The notes under the pieces are model-generated. The model was given only the letters and a program-made list of their open reading frames with translations. It searched no databases and had not been told where the DNA came from. A DNA stretch of 64,000 bases from Phyllosticta citribraziliensis (lineage: Eukaryota), in the NCBI RefSeq assembly GCF_038025025.1, contig NW_027117348.1, forward strand, positions 1,054,001 to 1,118,000, given 5' to 3'. The translations under genes and the position numbers were made by a program. Within the stretch, counting starts at the first letter, position 1. The number at the start of each line of letters is the position of its first letter. Positions 35,415 to 48,664 of this stretch are shown in pieces.

Positions 35415-37817
35415 TCTAGCACATTGTAGTAATCGTAATGAAGACATTTGCGGGAATAACGTTGACAAAGGATGCCATTCGATCTACCGGTGCCACAGAT
35501 TTCGACTCCAAGCTCTTTGTCATGTAAACGTGACCATTGCGGTATCCAGACTCCTGGATGATGACAAGACGAGATGGTGAGGTAGATTGCACTCAGGTGG
35601 GATCAAGCGGTGAAAAATGCAGAATTGACGAGATAATGCATGGAGAGGTCGCCTTGGAAGCAGCCAATGGCGAAATTTCGAACGAGACGCAAAAGCACTG
35701 CCAGCGAAGTGCTGTCAAGGCAGTAAGACAGATTCGCACCGAGAAAAAGATCTGACGCTGGTGAAGAAGTGAAATTTGCTGAACCCGGCCGAAAGACAAG
35801 TCAACGACGAATTGAGAGCAAAAGCTGTACCGGGACGAAGCAGGTGGAGTTGAAGCTGGTCGGCCGAGGGTAAACATTTCCCCAGGTAATTCGCAAGGCG
35901 GCAAACGGCGGCAGAACGACAGCTACCTGGCCGTGGCAGCTCCAGCAAGAAGCCAACCATCACGACCTACGCAACACCAACCATCGAATCCACCCACTTG
36001 CAGCTCGCCCGACCCGTTTCACGACCTTCGCTCGCCAACTTCCACCGCGCGCCAGAATTCTTGCCCCGACCAACGAAAACACCGGCGACAAAGCACAAAG
36101 ATGGTGAGCATACCTCAACTACCACCCCCGCCGATATGGGGAACTAATGTCGTGGGCTATAGACTGCGCTCTTCAATTTCCAATCGCTCCTCCTCGTGAT
36201 CTTGCTTCTCGTGTGCACGAGCACCTATATGCATGCCGTGGCGCCCGGTCTGCTGGATCGCAACAAAGACGGGTAGGGAACCCGCCCCGAGTCTCCCACA
36301 CCATCTCTCGTGTCGCGACAACGGTAGAACGCAGGACCATCCATCTTCCCATCGCCTTGTGGATCTGGACACAATCCGCCTATGTAGACACGCGGTGGTG
36401 GTTCGCGAGCATCGCGGAGACGACGGACGCTCAACAGAGCAAGCAAGCAAGCAAGCGCTAACAGGCGACAGGGTCTTCGGCATCTTTTGGAAATTCGCAC
36501 GCGTGGGCGAGCGACTGAGCCCGTACGTCAGCCTCTGCTGTGTCGTCATGGCCGTAAGTTCCGATGGCCCCATCTCTCCGCAGACCGCAACCTGACGCGC
36601 GAAACAGGGCTCGCTCTTCATGGGCGCGTAAAGCACCACCTCCCTCGATATACCAAGGCGTTGAATTACTGTGAGCATCGATATGGCGCGAGGCGTTTGG
36701 CAGGACACGAACGATGGCGTTTCGGATTTGGGTCGTGTGCATGGACGGACGGACGAGATGTGTTTTTGGTGAGGACAACTCTGGTCGGGCCTGGCAGCTC
36801 GCTTCTCAGCATGAATGGCGACTGACGTGGAGCAGAGAATCTAGAATACTACTGAGACTGATATCGCGAGCGGGAATCCAACGACGCGGGTGATGTTCGA
36901 AACCTCAAGTCGACGGCTTCGCGTGCCTGCGAAATCTCCCCGCGCTGTATACACCACGCCAGACCGACGAATGACAGCCCTACGATACGCAATCCACGCT
37001 GCCGAATCCCCCGGGGGGTCCAACCTCTCCCTCTTCCCATCCACGTATATCTGCCCGTCCCCTCCACACCCCGCCCTCCACTTTCCAGCCCTACACACGT
37101 AAGCAAAGAGCACGCAGAGGCAATGGTAGAGTATAAAAGCTTTCCTCTTTAAGAAACAATGGCTATGAGTAACAGTAACAGTAAATGGCAGTAACAGTCT
37201 CCAGAATAATAAGTAAGTAATCCACAGAGAACGATGCCGCGTCCATCCCATCCCTTCCCACCCCGTCCTCTAAACGGCGCGGCTAAAGGGAGCAGCAAGA
37301 GGACGAGCAGGAGGTCGAGACAAGAGAAGAGAGGAGAAAAAGTACAATGATGGGGGGAAATTTGGTGATTGGGGATGTGATGTAGTAGTCGTTGAAAAGA
37401 AGAGGAAGAAGAAGAAGGAGCAAAAGCAAAGGAAAAAAGCAGGCGTCTCTCCCATCCCATCCCATCCCATCCACCCCTCCATTCCCATCCAAAAACCCGT
37501 ACGTGCGTCTGTCGTCCGTTGCGTCGTTCATTGCTGCTGCTGCTGCTGCCGTTGTTGTGTTGATAATTGATAGTTGATAGTTGAGATTGAGATTGCTCGC
37601 GAAACTCTTTCTTCTTTCGTCTCTTGTTCGTCTCCGTCTTGTCTTGAATAATGAATTGCAAGTATACTGCTGCTGCCGCTGCCGCCACCGCACGACTTCT
37701 TCCCTCCTTCCCTCCATCCGCACCAAACGAAAAGAAAACCTCGCTGTCCAAAAAACGTACGTGTACAAAGTAAAAAAGTCATCCGCTCATCCGCGTCCTC
37801 TCGTGTGTGCGGCGACA

Positions 37818-39734
37818 TTACTTGGTGCTCCCACCCACACCCGCACCCTTGGCATCGCACAGCGCGTCACCATCAACGCTGCTCTTGCGCCGCGCATCGC
37901 GCTCGACGTCGCTCGCGTCCTCGACGACGACGTCATCGACGCCGAAGTCGGTCACGTCGCGCATGGCCACGCTGCCGTTGTCGTCTTCCTCGTCGTCGTC
38001 ATCCTCGTGGTCCGTGACGAGTCCCGGCGCCGAGTCGAGCGTGTGCGGCGACATTTCCATCGTCGGCGACTCGAGTGCGCCGCCGCGTTCCGAGCTGGCT
38101 GATGAGGAGGAAGTGGAGTTGGCGTTGGAGGAGCGGTGCATGGAGCTGTTGCCGCCGCGCAGAGTCCCTGCAGGAGGAGTCGGGTTCCGGTTTGGAGCTA
38201 GGGATGCTGGTGCCATGCCTCCTCGTGCAGGTTGCCGGCTCAGTGGTAACCCTCGCTGTAGTTGGGCATCGCCTTTGAGAGTCGGCTTGGGTGTATTTTG
38301 AACCGAAAGCGTCGGTTCCGTCTCGTCGTCATCCTCTGTATCATCAGGCAGCTCGACCTTGGTCCTGGCAAAGTCGACGAGCTGGTTGAGATCAACCGAA
38401 GCCCCAGACCTTTGAAGCAGAGCAGAAAGATTTGGAGTTTGAGGAGACGGTACGAATGAAGAGTCCCTGCGGACAGGGTTGGGGGTGGTGTGTTCCTTTT
38501 TCAACGGGCGAGGGGGTAGAGGCTTGGATTTTGGTGGGTTCGACTTGATGAGCGGGTGGACAAAGGGGCCGTTTGTGTGGGATGCAGCGGCAGGAGTCTG
38601 AGGAGTGGATTCATTCGGTACCACAACACCAAGCTCATTGACATCGACGAGGACGCCGCACTCGACGGCGGCCTGGTCATGGCTCTCAAACTTTTGATTG
38701 TGCTTGATGCGGCAGTGGTTGAGGAAGCCCTGGGTGTTTGAAAAGTTGCTGTGCCTGCAGTCGGGGTGATGGCAAAACAAACGAACCCACTTGCCATCTG
38801 TTGAGCGCCTGTGCAGCAAGGGGTCAATCCTGGGGGCAGAAGGGTCGCCAAGGGCTTGGAGCTTGGAGCCTGCAGAAGCACGTGACGAGCGTGATTTGGA
38901 GGCCGGCGGCAGCTCGGCTTGACTTGCCCTGGTCGCGCGGCCCTCGGCAACAGCAGCGCCAGTCCGGCTGCCGGCGCTCAAGCTTGCCGCAGGAACAGAG
39001 TCGAACTTGGGATCCGGGATAAGCCACTTGGCGTAGTGGCGAGTATACGGGCCGTCCGCAACGCCCCATGGAGCTGGCTGTTCTGGCGTGGTGAAGCCCT
39101 GTCGCGGCTGGAGGGCCGGGCCCACTCCTTGGCTCAGTTGTGTGGATAGCGCGTCCGTTCCTGGATAGGGAATCAGTCGGCATCGGCGGATCTGCTCGAG
39201 CGCTATTTGGCACTTGGCAAGTTCCTGGTCGATAAGGCGCAGCTCGTTGTGCTTGAGCAGGATTTCGTGGTCAAAGTGCGTCTCGATGATTTGCTGCAGC
39301 GGCGAATAAGTCGTTGGGTCGGCCATGTCGCACGGCGTGTTTTGCATGCTGGGTTGCTGCGGCGCAGACTCTGGCACAGGTTCCGCGTTTGCGCCAGCGT
39401 CCAATTCGGGCCTGCGCGACAGGGCGACGCTGCCATTGGTGGTCTTGACATGTGGCACAGAGGGAGCGACCAGGTGCGCAGGCGGCGTCGGGTTCGTAGG
39501 CGCATCCACGACGGGGCATTCTGGCCTTCCAATCTCGACGACGGGGCGCACTTCCGAGTACTTCCACTTCTTTGCAAAGGGGGATCCGGGGCTGGGCTCC
39601 GGGCTGTTGGTGCGCTTGCGCTTGAGTTTGCTCAGCAGGGGAATGTCGACGACGGGGCGCTGCTTGGAGAACTGGGCCTTGTCCATGACGGGGTTCTCGG
39701 AGCTCCATGGCGTAAAACGAAACATGGACTGCAT
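37818..39734 (-). CDS. Ahc1-like (ADA HAT complex component) protein with a C2H2-type zinc finger
   Basis: FDHEILLKHNELRLIDQELAKCQIALEQIRRC, PWGVADGPYTRHYAKWL, and RRSTDGKWVRLFC...CRHSNFSNTQGFLNHCRIKH. Confidence 0.75.
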   Translation of the reverse strand: MQSMFRFTPWSSENPVMDKAQFSKQRPVVDIPLLSKLKRKRTNSPEPSPGSPFAKKWKYSEVRPVVEIGRPECPVVDAPTNPTPPAHLVAPSVPHVKTTNGSVALSRRPELDAGANAEPVPESAPQQPSMQNTPCDMADPTTYSPLQQIIETHFDHEILLKHNELRLIDQELAKCQIALEQIRRCRLIPYPGTDALSTQLSQGVGPALQPRQGFTTPEQPAPWGVADGPYTRHYAKWLIPDPKFDSVPAASLSAGSRTGAAVAEGRATRASQAELPPASKSRSSRASAGSKLQALGDPSAPRIDPLLHRRSTDGKWVRLFCHHPDCRHSNFSNTQGFLNHCRIKHNQKFESHDQAAVECGVLVDVNELGVVVPNESTPQTPAAASHTNGPFVHPLIKSNPPKSKPLPPRPLKKEHTTPNPVRRDSSFVPSPQTPNLSALLQRSGASVDLNQLVDFARTKVELPDDTEDDDETEPTLSVQNTPKPTLKGDAQLQRGLPLSRQPARGGMAPASLAPNRNPTPPAGTLRGGNSSMHRSSNANSTSSSSASSERGGALESPTMEMSPHTLDSAPGLVTDHEDDDDEEDDNGSVAMRDVTDFGVDDVVVEDASDVERDARRKSSVDGDALCDAKGAGVGGSTK

Positions 39735-41514
39735 GACGTGAGAAGAGGCCGCGACGCAGCGTTCATCTGAAGTCGTGGTGGAGGTGGGTTGGCGCGGTTG
39801 CGTTGCTGCGATGATGGTCTGCGCGACGCGACGTTTGGGCGCGAGCTGGCAATGTCTCGGCAACGGGCGGATTGCGACAAGGCGTGGACGAGGGGGCGGA
39901 TGATCAATAGGGGAGCTCAGATATTAAAGGTGGGAGGCGGGTGGTGATCGGCCAGCGAGCGGAGAGAAGAATAGGGCCGGTTGATGAGCGCTGGGAAGGG
40001 GTGAAGCCAACACGGTATGCAGGTGGACGAGATGCGGACGCAACACCAGACGGAGGCGAGTTGGCAGGTGGCCGTGAGTAATGGGGTGGGTTGTCGAAGA
40101 GTTGTTTTGGAGAGGTGGCGAAAATGTCGGGAGGGAGTGAAAAGGATTTGGAAGTGAAGAGAAGCAAGAGAAGGTCGTCGCAAGTGATGGGTGAGAGTGA
40201 TGAGTAGGTGAGTGAGCGATGGGCGAGACGGAGACGGGGAGCTGACGAGCTCAGCGGTCGGCGGGCGCCTTTCTGGGCTGGTTGGCTGCAGCGCTCTGTT
40301 TGGGCCGGCCGGGGATGCTAGCGGGCGTCCTGACGCAACTCAATGCGCCGTGGTCAGAAACGCGCATTCTTGGCCGCTGACATGCCGAATGAGGTCGCTC
40401 TATACCGGTTGGAGCGTGGAATTGCGTTTCCAGTGTCTTTTGTGTTATCTGGCGTCGTCGTCGTCGTTGGTCGTCGCCGTGAGATGGTCTACCTATGTCT
40501 ATGACTACACGTCGCTGAGTCATCGGTTTACAGATTGCGCTACGGGCTGCCATTCGCTGTTTCAGGGGCCTGCCATCCATTGCAACACCACAGCAGGCAG
40601 TGCAGTACATCTCTCTCGACATGTACAGTAGCCGTCGTTCGCCCTATTCCGTCCCCGTCCCCGTCTGCCTGTCTCACTGCGCTCTCGACCGTCCCCGTGC
40701 CGTCGTTCTCGTCCTCGTTGCTGCTGCGCGCATGCCGGTGCCATTCTTCACCCACGGCAGTTCCAGCGCTTCCGATCAATCCCGCCCCGCAACCGCATCG
40801 AACCAAGCGCCGCCATGTCATAATTGTGGAGAGCTTCCGATGTCGACATGGACACCATCCGTACACCACCCACGCGCGACCCGTCTCGTCGCACCTAGCG
40901 AAGCTGCTACTGCCGCCGCCCGTCGTCCACATGTATATTAACCTGCGTCCCTGTCAATTCGCCTCCCGCCGTGCAGCTCGTCTTCAGTTGTCTTGTCCTG
41001 TCCTGTCTCGTCGCGTTCGTTTGTTTTCTGGCCGCCCCGCCGATCGCTGCCTCTCCCTCTCCCTCTCCACCACCACTTTCCACGTCCACCCGCGCACGTC
41101 CTCTCCGTCTTCCGGTCGCGATCCTCGCCCCTCCCTCTAGCCTGCCTGCCTGCCTGCGTCAGTCGCCCACCCACCGCCTGTTGGTGTTGTGCTGTCCCCG
41201 CATGATAAAGTATAACCTCCTTCACAAGCCCGCGGAGAGCACCCCGCCGCATACATGTATCCACTGCAAACATTCACCGCGCCGTTTGCCTTTTCCGCAG
41301 CACCGAGTTTCCACCTTGTTGTCACGGCAAGCAAGGCCCGCCTCCCCCGACCGACACCAAATGTACCAACTCTGCAACTACTCGCGCCATCCATGTCATG
41401 GGCTCCAGGTCCCCCGTCCTCCTTGCTGGGAGATCGCCCCGACGTGCATTTCTGGCCGCCCGCGCCATCTTGTCCCGCTATATGTCGTGTCGCACTGCCG
41501 AACCTCACCTGCAG

Positions 41515-41550
41515 GCCTGCCCTGCCCTGCCCTGCCCTGCCCTGCCCTGC
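41515..41550. repeat. (CCTGC)n microsatellite
   Basis: About seven direct copies visible. Confidence 0.85.
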
Positions 41551-42900
41551 ACAAGCCGCCGTTCTCTGCTGCTGCCGCGTCGCACAGTCTCAGGGCCCAC
41601 GCCGACACTTGCTTTTGTTTATTTGTCGCCGCCCGTCCATTTCTTCTACTGCTGTTGCTGAGCATCGAGAATGCGCTGCGGCGCGGCGCGGCACGGCGTG
41701 GCGTGGCGTGGCGTCAACCACCCGTGGACCTGATGGTGACGACTACTTATTTGCTTCTCCTTGCCCTTTCCCCATATCGTCGCCTGCCTGCCTGTGTGTC
41801 GCGATATCCAATCGTTTTGCTGCTTGTTCGTGCCTTGCTTGCGCGCGTCCGTGCTCTGCGGGGGTGACTTCCTTTCCAAATTACCTACCTACCGTACCGT
41901 ACCGTAGCGACTCTTCTGCGATGCTTCAGACTTGACGCCACTCGACCGTCTCACTAATCGTCTACTCCAACCCACACCACTCCTCCATCGCCTTCGTCGC
42001 CATCATCTTCACATCTTCACCACCTCGCCTCTCTCTACCTCTCCTCAACGAGTCCAGTCATGGCACGCGGCGCCCGCATCCTTGCCACTCCTCGCCTCGC
42101 CTCACCTGTCCCCTTCTAAAGCCGCCCATCCCAACCCTCGATGAAACGAATATTTTAGGGTTGCGCGGCCCGGCGCCAAGGAGCCCAGCCACCGCGACGC
42201 ACGCCCTCCAACAAGGCGAACAGGATCGCAGCGGCGCGAAACGCCGATGCACCGACGCGGTGGGGAGCTGCTTGTGTGAAGACGACGAAGAAGACGATGA
42301 GGAGAGAGATGATGTGGTTTGCTTGTTGCGTTGTGACGGCCGACCCAACTCGACCTCACCACACCTTCTCCGGTTTTCCTACCTCCTATCCTATCCTGTG
42401 CCCTACGCATTCCCCCTCCCCTGCCCTACCCATGTGTCCCATGTCTCCTTTGACCCTCTTCCCCCGTGGCGGCCCGTACATTCTCCCCCAACAACCCAAG
42501 CCAAGCGCACGCACGCACGCACGCACGAAACCATCCATCCCGGCACCCGTCCCCGGCCCGACCATGTGCCATTTTTAGGTTATGTGTAGGTTAGGTTAGG
42601 AACGTGCCAGGTAAGGCAGGGCACGCTGCGGCGCGGCGCGGGACGGAGGGAGGCAGCCCTGGGCGGCGAGAGGATGGGATGAATTGGGTTGAGTTGGGTT
42701 GGGTTGCTGGTAAGGAGGTAGGTAGGTAGAGGTGATCGTGGCGGTGCTGATGATGGTGTAGGTGATGAGAGGGCGTTGATGGATTGACCTCGTTGATGGA
42801 TTGACCTCGTTATGGATTGGATATTTGCTTTGCGTGCTGCTCAACTTGGATACATCCGGATGGAACAGAAACGTGTGTGCATGCGTAACCCAACCTCCGG

Positions 42901-45835
42901 CTACATGTACCCATCACCACCGTCAGCCGCAGCACGTCGCCACCGTGTATACGCCTTTGCGAACCCCTCACCTCCCTCAGCACCTCCTACACCCTCTCCT
43001 CTCGCACTCCCCAACGCCAACCCCACGCCCTCCCCGCCGCTCAACTCAACAAGCGGCACCATGCTCGGCCGCCCATGCGCGCACTGAAACGGGAAAACGC
43101 ACCCAGCGAGGCGGCAGACGAGCTCTTCGCACTCGGCGCGCGAGAGGGCGTCGTTGAACATGACGGCGCTGCGGCAGGCGCGCGAGTTGAGCAGCGAAAG
43201 GATGCCGGGCGGGCAGGTCGAGGTGCGCGTGAGCCAGAGGGGAGACGCAGCGTGGTGCAGAGGAGCGTGGAGTTGTTGTTCGTGAGGAGTGTGCGGTGTG
43301 TTGACGGCGGCGTCGGTTTGCTGTGCTTGTATCCGCTGCTGTTTTGCGTCGACGTCGCTACCGATGCCGCTCTTCGCACGACCGCCCCCGTCGGCGACCC
43401 TCCATACTTCCTCCCGCAGTACCTCTAGAAGCAACTCGGGCCGCTCGACGCAGCGCTCGCGTATCCCTGGCGGCAGCTTATCCACGCGCAAAACGTCGCG
43501 GCCCTTGCGTCCGCCCTTGCCCACGGCATACACCACACCCCAAGCAGCGAAGCGGGGCGCCAAGTCCTCGAGCAGCAACGCCTCGCGCGGATGCCGTAGT
43601 TCAAAGAAGAGCGGCGAGGAGAGGGGAGGTGGGGACGTCGACTCGGGCTCGCAGAGTTGCGTGAGGAGCGATTCGAGGTGCACGCGCTCCGAGGCGGCAT
43701 GTTGGTCTATCAAGACGACGAGAGGTTTGCAAGGGCTTGGGTCTGGACTGCCCGTGTCGCTGCCGTCCATGATGGCGAGGATGAATTTGCGGTCGACCTG
43801 CGACACTACGCGCGCGCTCTTGAGGGCCTTTTTGGAGAGCTTGTTCTCGCCCACTGCGGCTTCTTTGAATGCGGCCTTGATTGCTTCGTGCGAGCAGTGT
43901 TCGCCCAATCCGCCGTGCAGCAGATTGGCAGATTCGCTTGAAAGGTTGGGACTGGAGAAGATGGCGCGGGGGATGGACTCCGACGTCGAGGGTTGCGGAC
44001 GAAAGACGGGGTTTGAGTGGGTGGAGAGGAAAGTGGTGAGCCAAGAGTCCTTGCTCGTGTCTGGTGGTGTCGATGGCTTGTCGAGACGCAGCGATTTGCG
44101 AAACGAAGTCGAGATGCTTGCCGGCGTTTTGTTCGTGGTATTTGGGCGGTCGCTTTGCTGAATGACGGTTCCTGTGCGCGAGTTGATTTTGAAGGTCTGC
44201 TTGCTGGTAGGATCTGTCCAGTTTGTGGTGCCGTCTTTTAATCCGTCTTGTGTCTCTGCTTCATCATGTGTGGGTATGGTCCTTGGACCAAGAGCACCAG
44301 GCAGGAGAGATTCAGTTTCAAAAAAAGTCGTGTTTTCTCCGCTCGGAGAATTCTGACCCGCTGGCTTCTCAGATATCCAAAGAGTATCGTAGAATGATGG
44401 TTTCCCGCTCCTAATTTTGCTCAAACCGGTGAATTGCGATGTGTCTACTCCGGTCTTCTCGTCGGCTGATTCCCCAGGAGGCACCTGGGTTTGCTCACCA
44501 TGATTCTGTCCAACAGTTGGACCTTGTCTCGGAGCTGGGGAGTGGGAGGCACTGCTCGACGCAGATGTGGGCTTACTCTCAATCCGCCTCTTTCGTTTGG
44601 TAGGTCGAAAGTGATGAGCCGAAAGCCATTCGGTAATCATGGCCCGCAAAACATCCAAAATGGATTGCAGTTTGGCTTCCGACTCCAGCACATCTTCTCG
44701 AGTCCTCTCAGCCAAATCGATTCGCAGACAAAACATGGGCCACCTGTCAATGCCCTTTTTGCCTCCTTGCAACTGCCTACGGGTTGGACCATCCTTTTTA
44801 TATCTCTTGTCATTCAACCGCCGTTCTTTTTCCCTCTCGTCAAGTTCGGGCTCGTCTTCGTTGACTCCAAAACTGGAATTGTTGAAGAGGCGATTGATTT
44901 CGTCATACAGCTCGTTGTGGCCATCTTCGACATGAATTGGGTGGATCCCTAGAGATATGAACTGTACAGATTTACTCGGGGCGGGTTCGAGGGATATTGC
45001 ACCCTTCACAGAAATAGATTTGGTTGCTGCAGACGCCGGCACCCACGAGCTCCATTCGTCCGGCGTAATGTACAGCGTTTGTGAAAGTATCGACAACAGC
45101 GGACGAAGTTGCGCATGGACTTTGGCATTGGTAGCGTCATTTCGGCGATGGGCATTGATGCGCAAGCTTTTTGCTTCGTCTCGGATGACGACGGTTATGG
45201 GTTGTTGCCAGGCGAGCAGCAGAGCCGTAATGGACCTTTTCAAGCCCTCCCACTGCCTTTCGTTTTCTGCGCGGTCTTCGAGCATGGCACGCTGCTTTAC
45301 TCGCACCGGCATGTTGCCAAACAAGTCCCTCATTGTCACTCGCGTCCCGTGGTCACCGAGGCCATGCTGGGCAGGCGTCTGTCTGGAAATGACTTGCGAT
45401 CGATGTAGGGTGATGGAATTGTACGACCTATGGATGCAATGGCGCGACGTGATGGTGAGGAGAGATAGAGCCCCGACGGACGCGACAAAGGTCCCGTACC
45501 GACCGTAGACGGGAAAAGGACAGTCGTGTTTCGAAGTATCTGCGACGAGTCAGCAACATTCGAAAGACCAGGCGAGACTTGCAGTAGGGTTTCCCAAGGC
45601 CTCCATCTAGGGCGAACTCTGCAGGAGCAATTCCTGATCCATCGTCTTGAACGGTGCATCCGCCTCGTCGAGCATCGACCGAGACTTCAATCTTGGTGGC
45701 TCCGGCATCGAGCGAGTTTTGGACCAGTCCCGAGATGACGTGGGTGAGGCTGGTGATGGTTGTCGACGACTTGATTTGCGCAACGACGTCTGGAGGCAGG
45801 GGCTTGATGGCTCTCACATTGTCGGCGAGATTCAT
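42901..45835 (-). CDS. MLH3: MutL homologue MLH3 (mismatch repair / meiotic crossover endonuclease), 5' intron
   Basis: GHKL ATPase N-terminus (LVQNSLDAGATKI, VQDDGSGI). Endonuclease motif DQHAASERVHLE, plus ACRSAVMFND and the MLH3-type FPFQCAHGRPS. Confidence 0.92.
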
Positions 45836-46079
45836 AGATGCAACGGGAGTGTAGGTTGTGGCGTCGGCCGTGGCCTTCACATGCATGCAAGCTTCGCACG
45901 GAGCATCTGATGGAGCTGCTCAGCGATCAGACTTGAGACCCCCGGGCTTCTGCATGCAGGCGATCCACCGGGCGCTACCCAACACCACGAGTGCCATCGC
46001 CAGTCGACTTCTCCCGTACCCCTCAACCGCCATCCCATTCTTTGACCTGTCCGCCGCCACGACACCTGGCCGCCAAGCA

Positions 46080-47521
46080 ATGGCTACCGCCGAGCCAGCC
46101 CCCAGCCCGCAAGGTAAGCCCTAAGTCGGGCTCAACGGTTTGCTCCGCGCAGCCCACGCCTCCTCTTAATGCTCTGCTTCGCCGTCGTCTGCGCTCGCTG
46201 ACCCGCCATGAAAGACCGTCACTCCCGTCGCCGTCCCTTTGCGGCATGGATCAAAAAGGTCGCCAACCTCAAGAGCTCCGCGCACGCCCCAGCCCTCTCC
46301 AAGCCCAAGAAGGCCTCCCACGTCAAAAACAACCCTTACCCTGAATCCGGCCATTTCCACCGACCTGCTCCCTCCGCCAGCGCAAATGGCCACCTCTCCT
46401 TCTCCGAGCCCGTCTCCTATCGCGAGGGCTACGACTCGGACGTGACGACCGACGACGCCCGCGACCGTCCCGCAAAGTCGGCCGCGCCCACGGTTGCCAC
46501 CAACAACGACACCGTCTACTCCGAGGCCGGACAAAGCAAGGCAGAGACGAGCAACACTCGAGGCGGCGCCCTCAGCTCCCACGACGGCGGAGGAAATAGC
46601 ACCTTCTCCTCGCCCAACCATTCCGAGCGCTCCCTGACGACCACCCTCACCACCATCCAATCCACGACGCCCTCGGGCCTGCTGAACAGCCAACAAGTCA
46701 CGGCCAACAACCAAAACCTCCATCCCCAGGTGCAATTCTCCCACCAGTACCCCGTCTCGCCCGCCTCGGCCGTCCCTGCCCACCTCCAGCCGCACCCCCA
46801 CACCTACCAGGCCGCGACCGCCGGCAACATCCTCTCCGACAATGCCTCCATCATGACGCTCGCCTCGTCGTCCAAGCGCCGCCGCCGGAACTCGCTCGAC
46901 ACCAACGCCTCTGTGCGCGCGCTCGCCCCCTCGTCTGTCTGGGGCGGCAGCCGAGAGTCGCTCCCGCTCAGCGTCCTCAGCGGCAACGTCGACACCGCCT
47001 CGACCACGGCCGCCACCGCCAGCGGCATCTACCAGTCGCAGAACCGCCCCGGCGTCGGCGGCGTCGCCAGCGCCGAGCGCGCCAGCGTCTACTCGTCCTC
47101 GGGCGTCACGGCTCCCGCCCTCCCCTCGGAGCGCAACAGCTACTACGCCGCCAAGCACGGCGCAGACACGGGCAGCGTGCGCAGCGGCCTGCTCGGACAC
47201 GGCCGGACGGACAGCCTGTCTGGCGCCGCCAACAATGCCACCGGCAGCCCCTTGGCCAGTCCCGTCCACACCGCCAGTCCCGTCCCTCCTGGCCTCCTCG
47301 GAAGCAGACGCAGCAGCAACCGCAGAGACGATGACATCAAGGACGACCCCGAGGAGCGCGACGAGGCCGACCCGGACTGTGCGCGCGATGATGTCAAGCA
47401 CGGCGCTATGGGCAACGGCGATGAGGCCAAGCCCGACGGCGCCGCTAGCCCCGATGCCACTCCCGCGGCCACCGACTCGTCCGACAGCGACGAGCAAAGG
47501 CCGCGCGACAAGGAGGTCTAG
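46080..47521 (+). CDS. Probably conserved fungal Ser/Thr-rich hypothetical protein; intron 46114-46214
   Basis: Strong C-ending codon bias; ordered block DNASIMTLASSSKRRRRNSLDTNASVRALAPSS; exon 1 splices in frame. Confidence 0.75.
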
Positions 47522-48417
47522 AGCGCAATATAATGACGGACGAGACCACATCTGGCGCGGGCTTTTCTTGTGTCCCTTTTCTTGCATACCTTTTCCCTTG
47601 CTTGGTAACGTTTCCTAAATTGGACCCGATCTGGCACAGCGGCGTTTGGGCGGTTTCTTTTCTCACAAATTGGGTCGGAGCGAATGCGTACATGAGAGTT
47701 TGTCGCTAATGGCTGTTCAGCTAGCCAGCCAGCCAGCCGTCCCGGACGTGCCGCAGCGGCCGGCCGGTGGTGGTGGTGGTGGTGCTCATATCAGCGTGCG
47801 GCAGACATCCCACTCTTCTTTTACTTTTGCCTTGTTGTTTCTTTTTGGTGGGCGCAGCTGAGCTCAGCTGAGGCGGCGTGCGCGGACTGCAGCGGTTCTC
47901 CTGGGAGCTCGCGCGGTGTGCTGTCTTCGAGTGAATGGCGGCGGCGTGGGCGGCGGGAGAGCCAGCGCCCGGTCGACGAGATACCTACCTTACTTACCTT
48001 ATACCCACGAACTTATTCCTTCTCTATCGCATTTGGACTTGGGCAACACCATATGCTTCGGCTTTTCCGGTTTTTCATTCATGTCGTCTCGTGTCGTTGT
48101 GTTTGGTGGTCCGCCCTTGGATGTAGGTGGTGGGGTTTGGAGAGACAATGTTCGTCCGCCTGTAAGCGCGTTTGGAGTGTTCAACACCACGATTTGTAGG
48201 AAAGAGGCGGCAATGAGGAGCATTCAGGCGGGACGCGGCGCTGTTGTCCAGTTTTACAGGCAGGATCACGGCAGGGACATCACGATTCAACGATCACAAA
48301 TGGGGCGGAGTGGATTCTTGTAAGTTTGAGATTCTACGTCTTCTGGACGCTCTTGGCTACCTGAATCTTCTACTGATTCTCTTCTGGGAATGTATGAAAG
48401 GGTAAGATGCGGCCCTA

Positions 48418-48650
48418 CGTGTGAGCTTCTTGTCACGTAAATGGCAGCAGGCGAGGCAAGCTTCTGTCTTGCTTGTGTGTGCTTCTTGATCACGTATGCT
48501 GAGTTGGGTAAGCAGACTTCTGTTGCGGGTGACCTTCTTTGTCACGTAAATGGGGTAGGCAAACTTCTGTTGCGGCTGAGCTTCTGTTCAGGTAAGTCAA
48601 GATGGGCACGCAAACGTCTGTTGTCACTGAGCTTCTGCTCAGGTGTGTCG
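48418..48650. repeat. Imperfect tandem repeat, ~4-5 units of ~45-60 bp, 3' of the knuckle gene
   Basis: Recurring TGAGCTTCT(T)GTCACGTAAATGG and CAAACTTCTGTTGCGG. Confidence 0.65.
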
Positions 48651-48664
48651 ACTGCAAAGGTCAG

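Noticed and set aside
19450..36000. Transposon, Starship or RIP-degraded element as carrier of island 1
   Set aside because: No transposase, reverse transcriptase, integrase or tyrosine-recombinase motifs, terminal repeats or strongly AT-rich relics were recognised by eye; a carrier cannot be excluded without comparative data.
39900..42850. ORFs between the Ahc1-like gene and MLH3
   Set aside because: Simple-repeat-rich with no domain motifs; no credible gene model could be built.
46166..47587. Long antisense ORFs (also 12206-13327, 26098-27291, 29457-30218, 43289-44161)
   Set aside because: Shadow ORFs caused by GC-rich codon bias of the real gene on the opposite strand.
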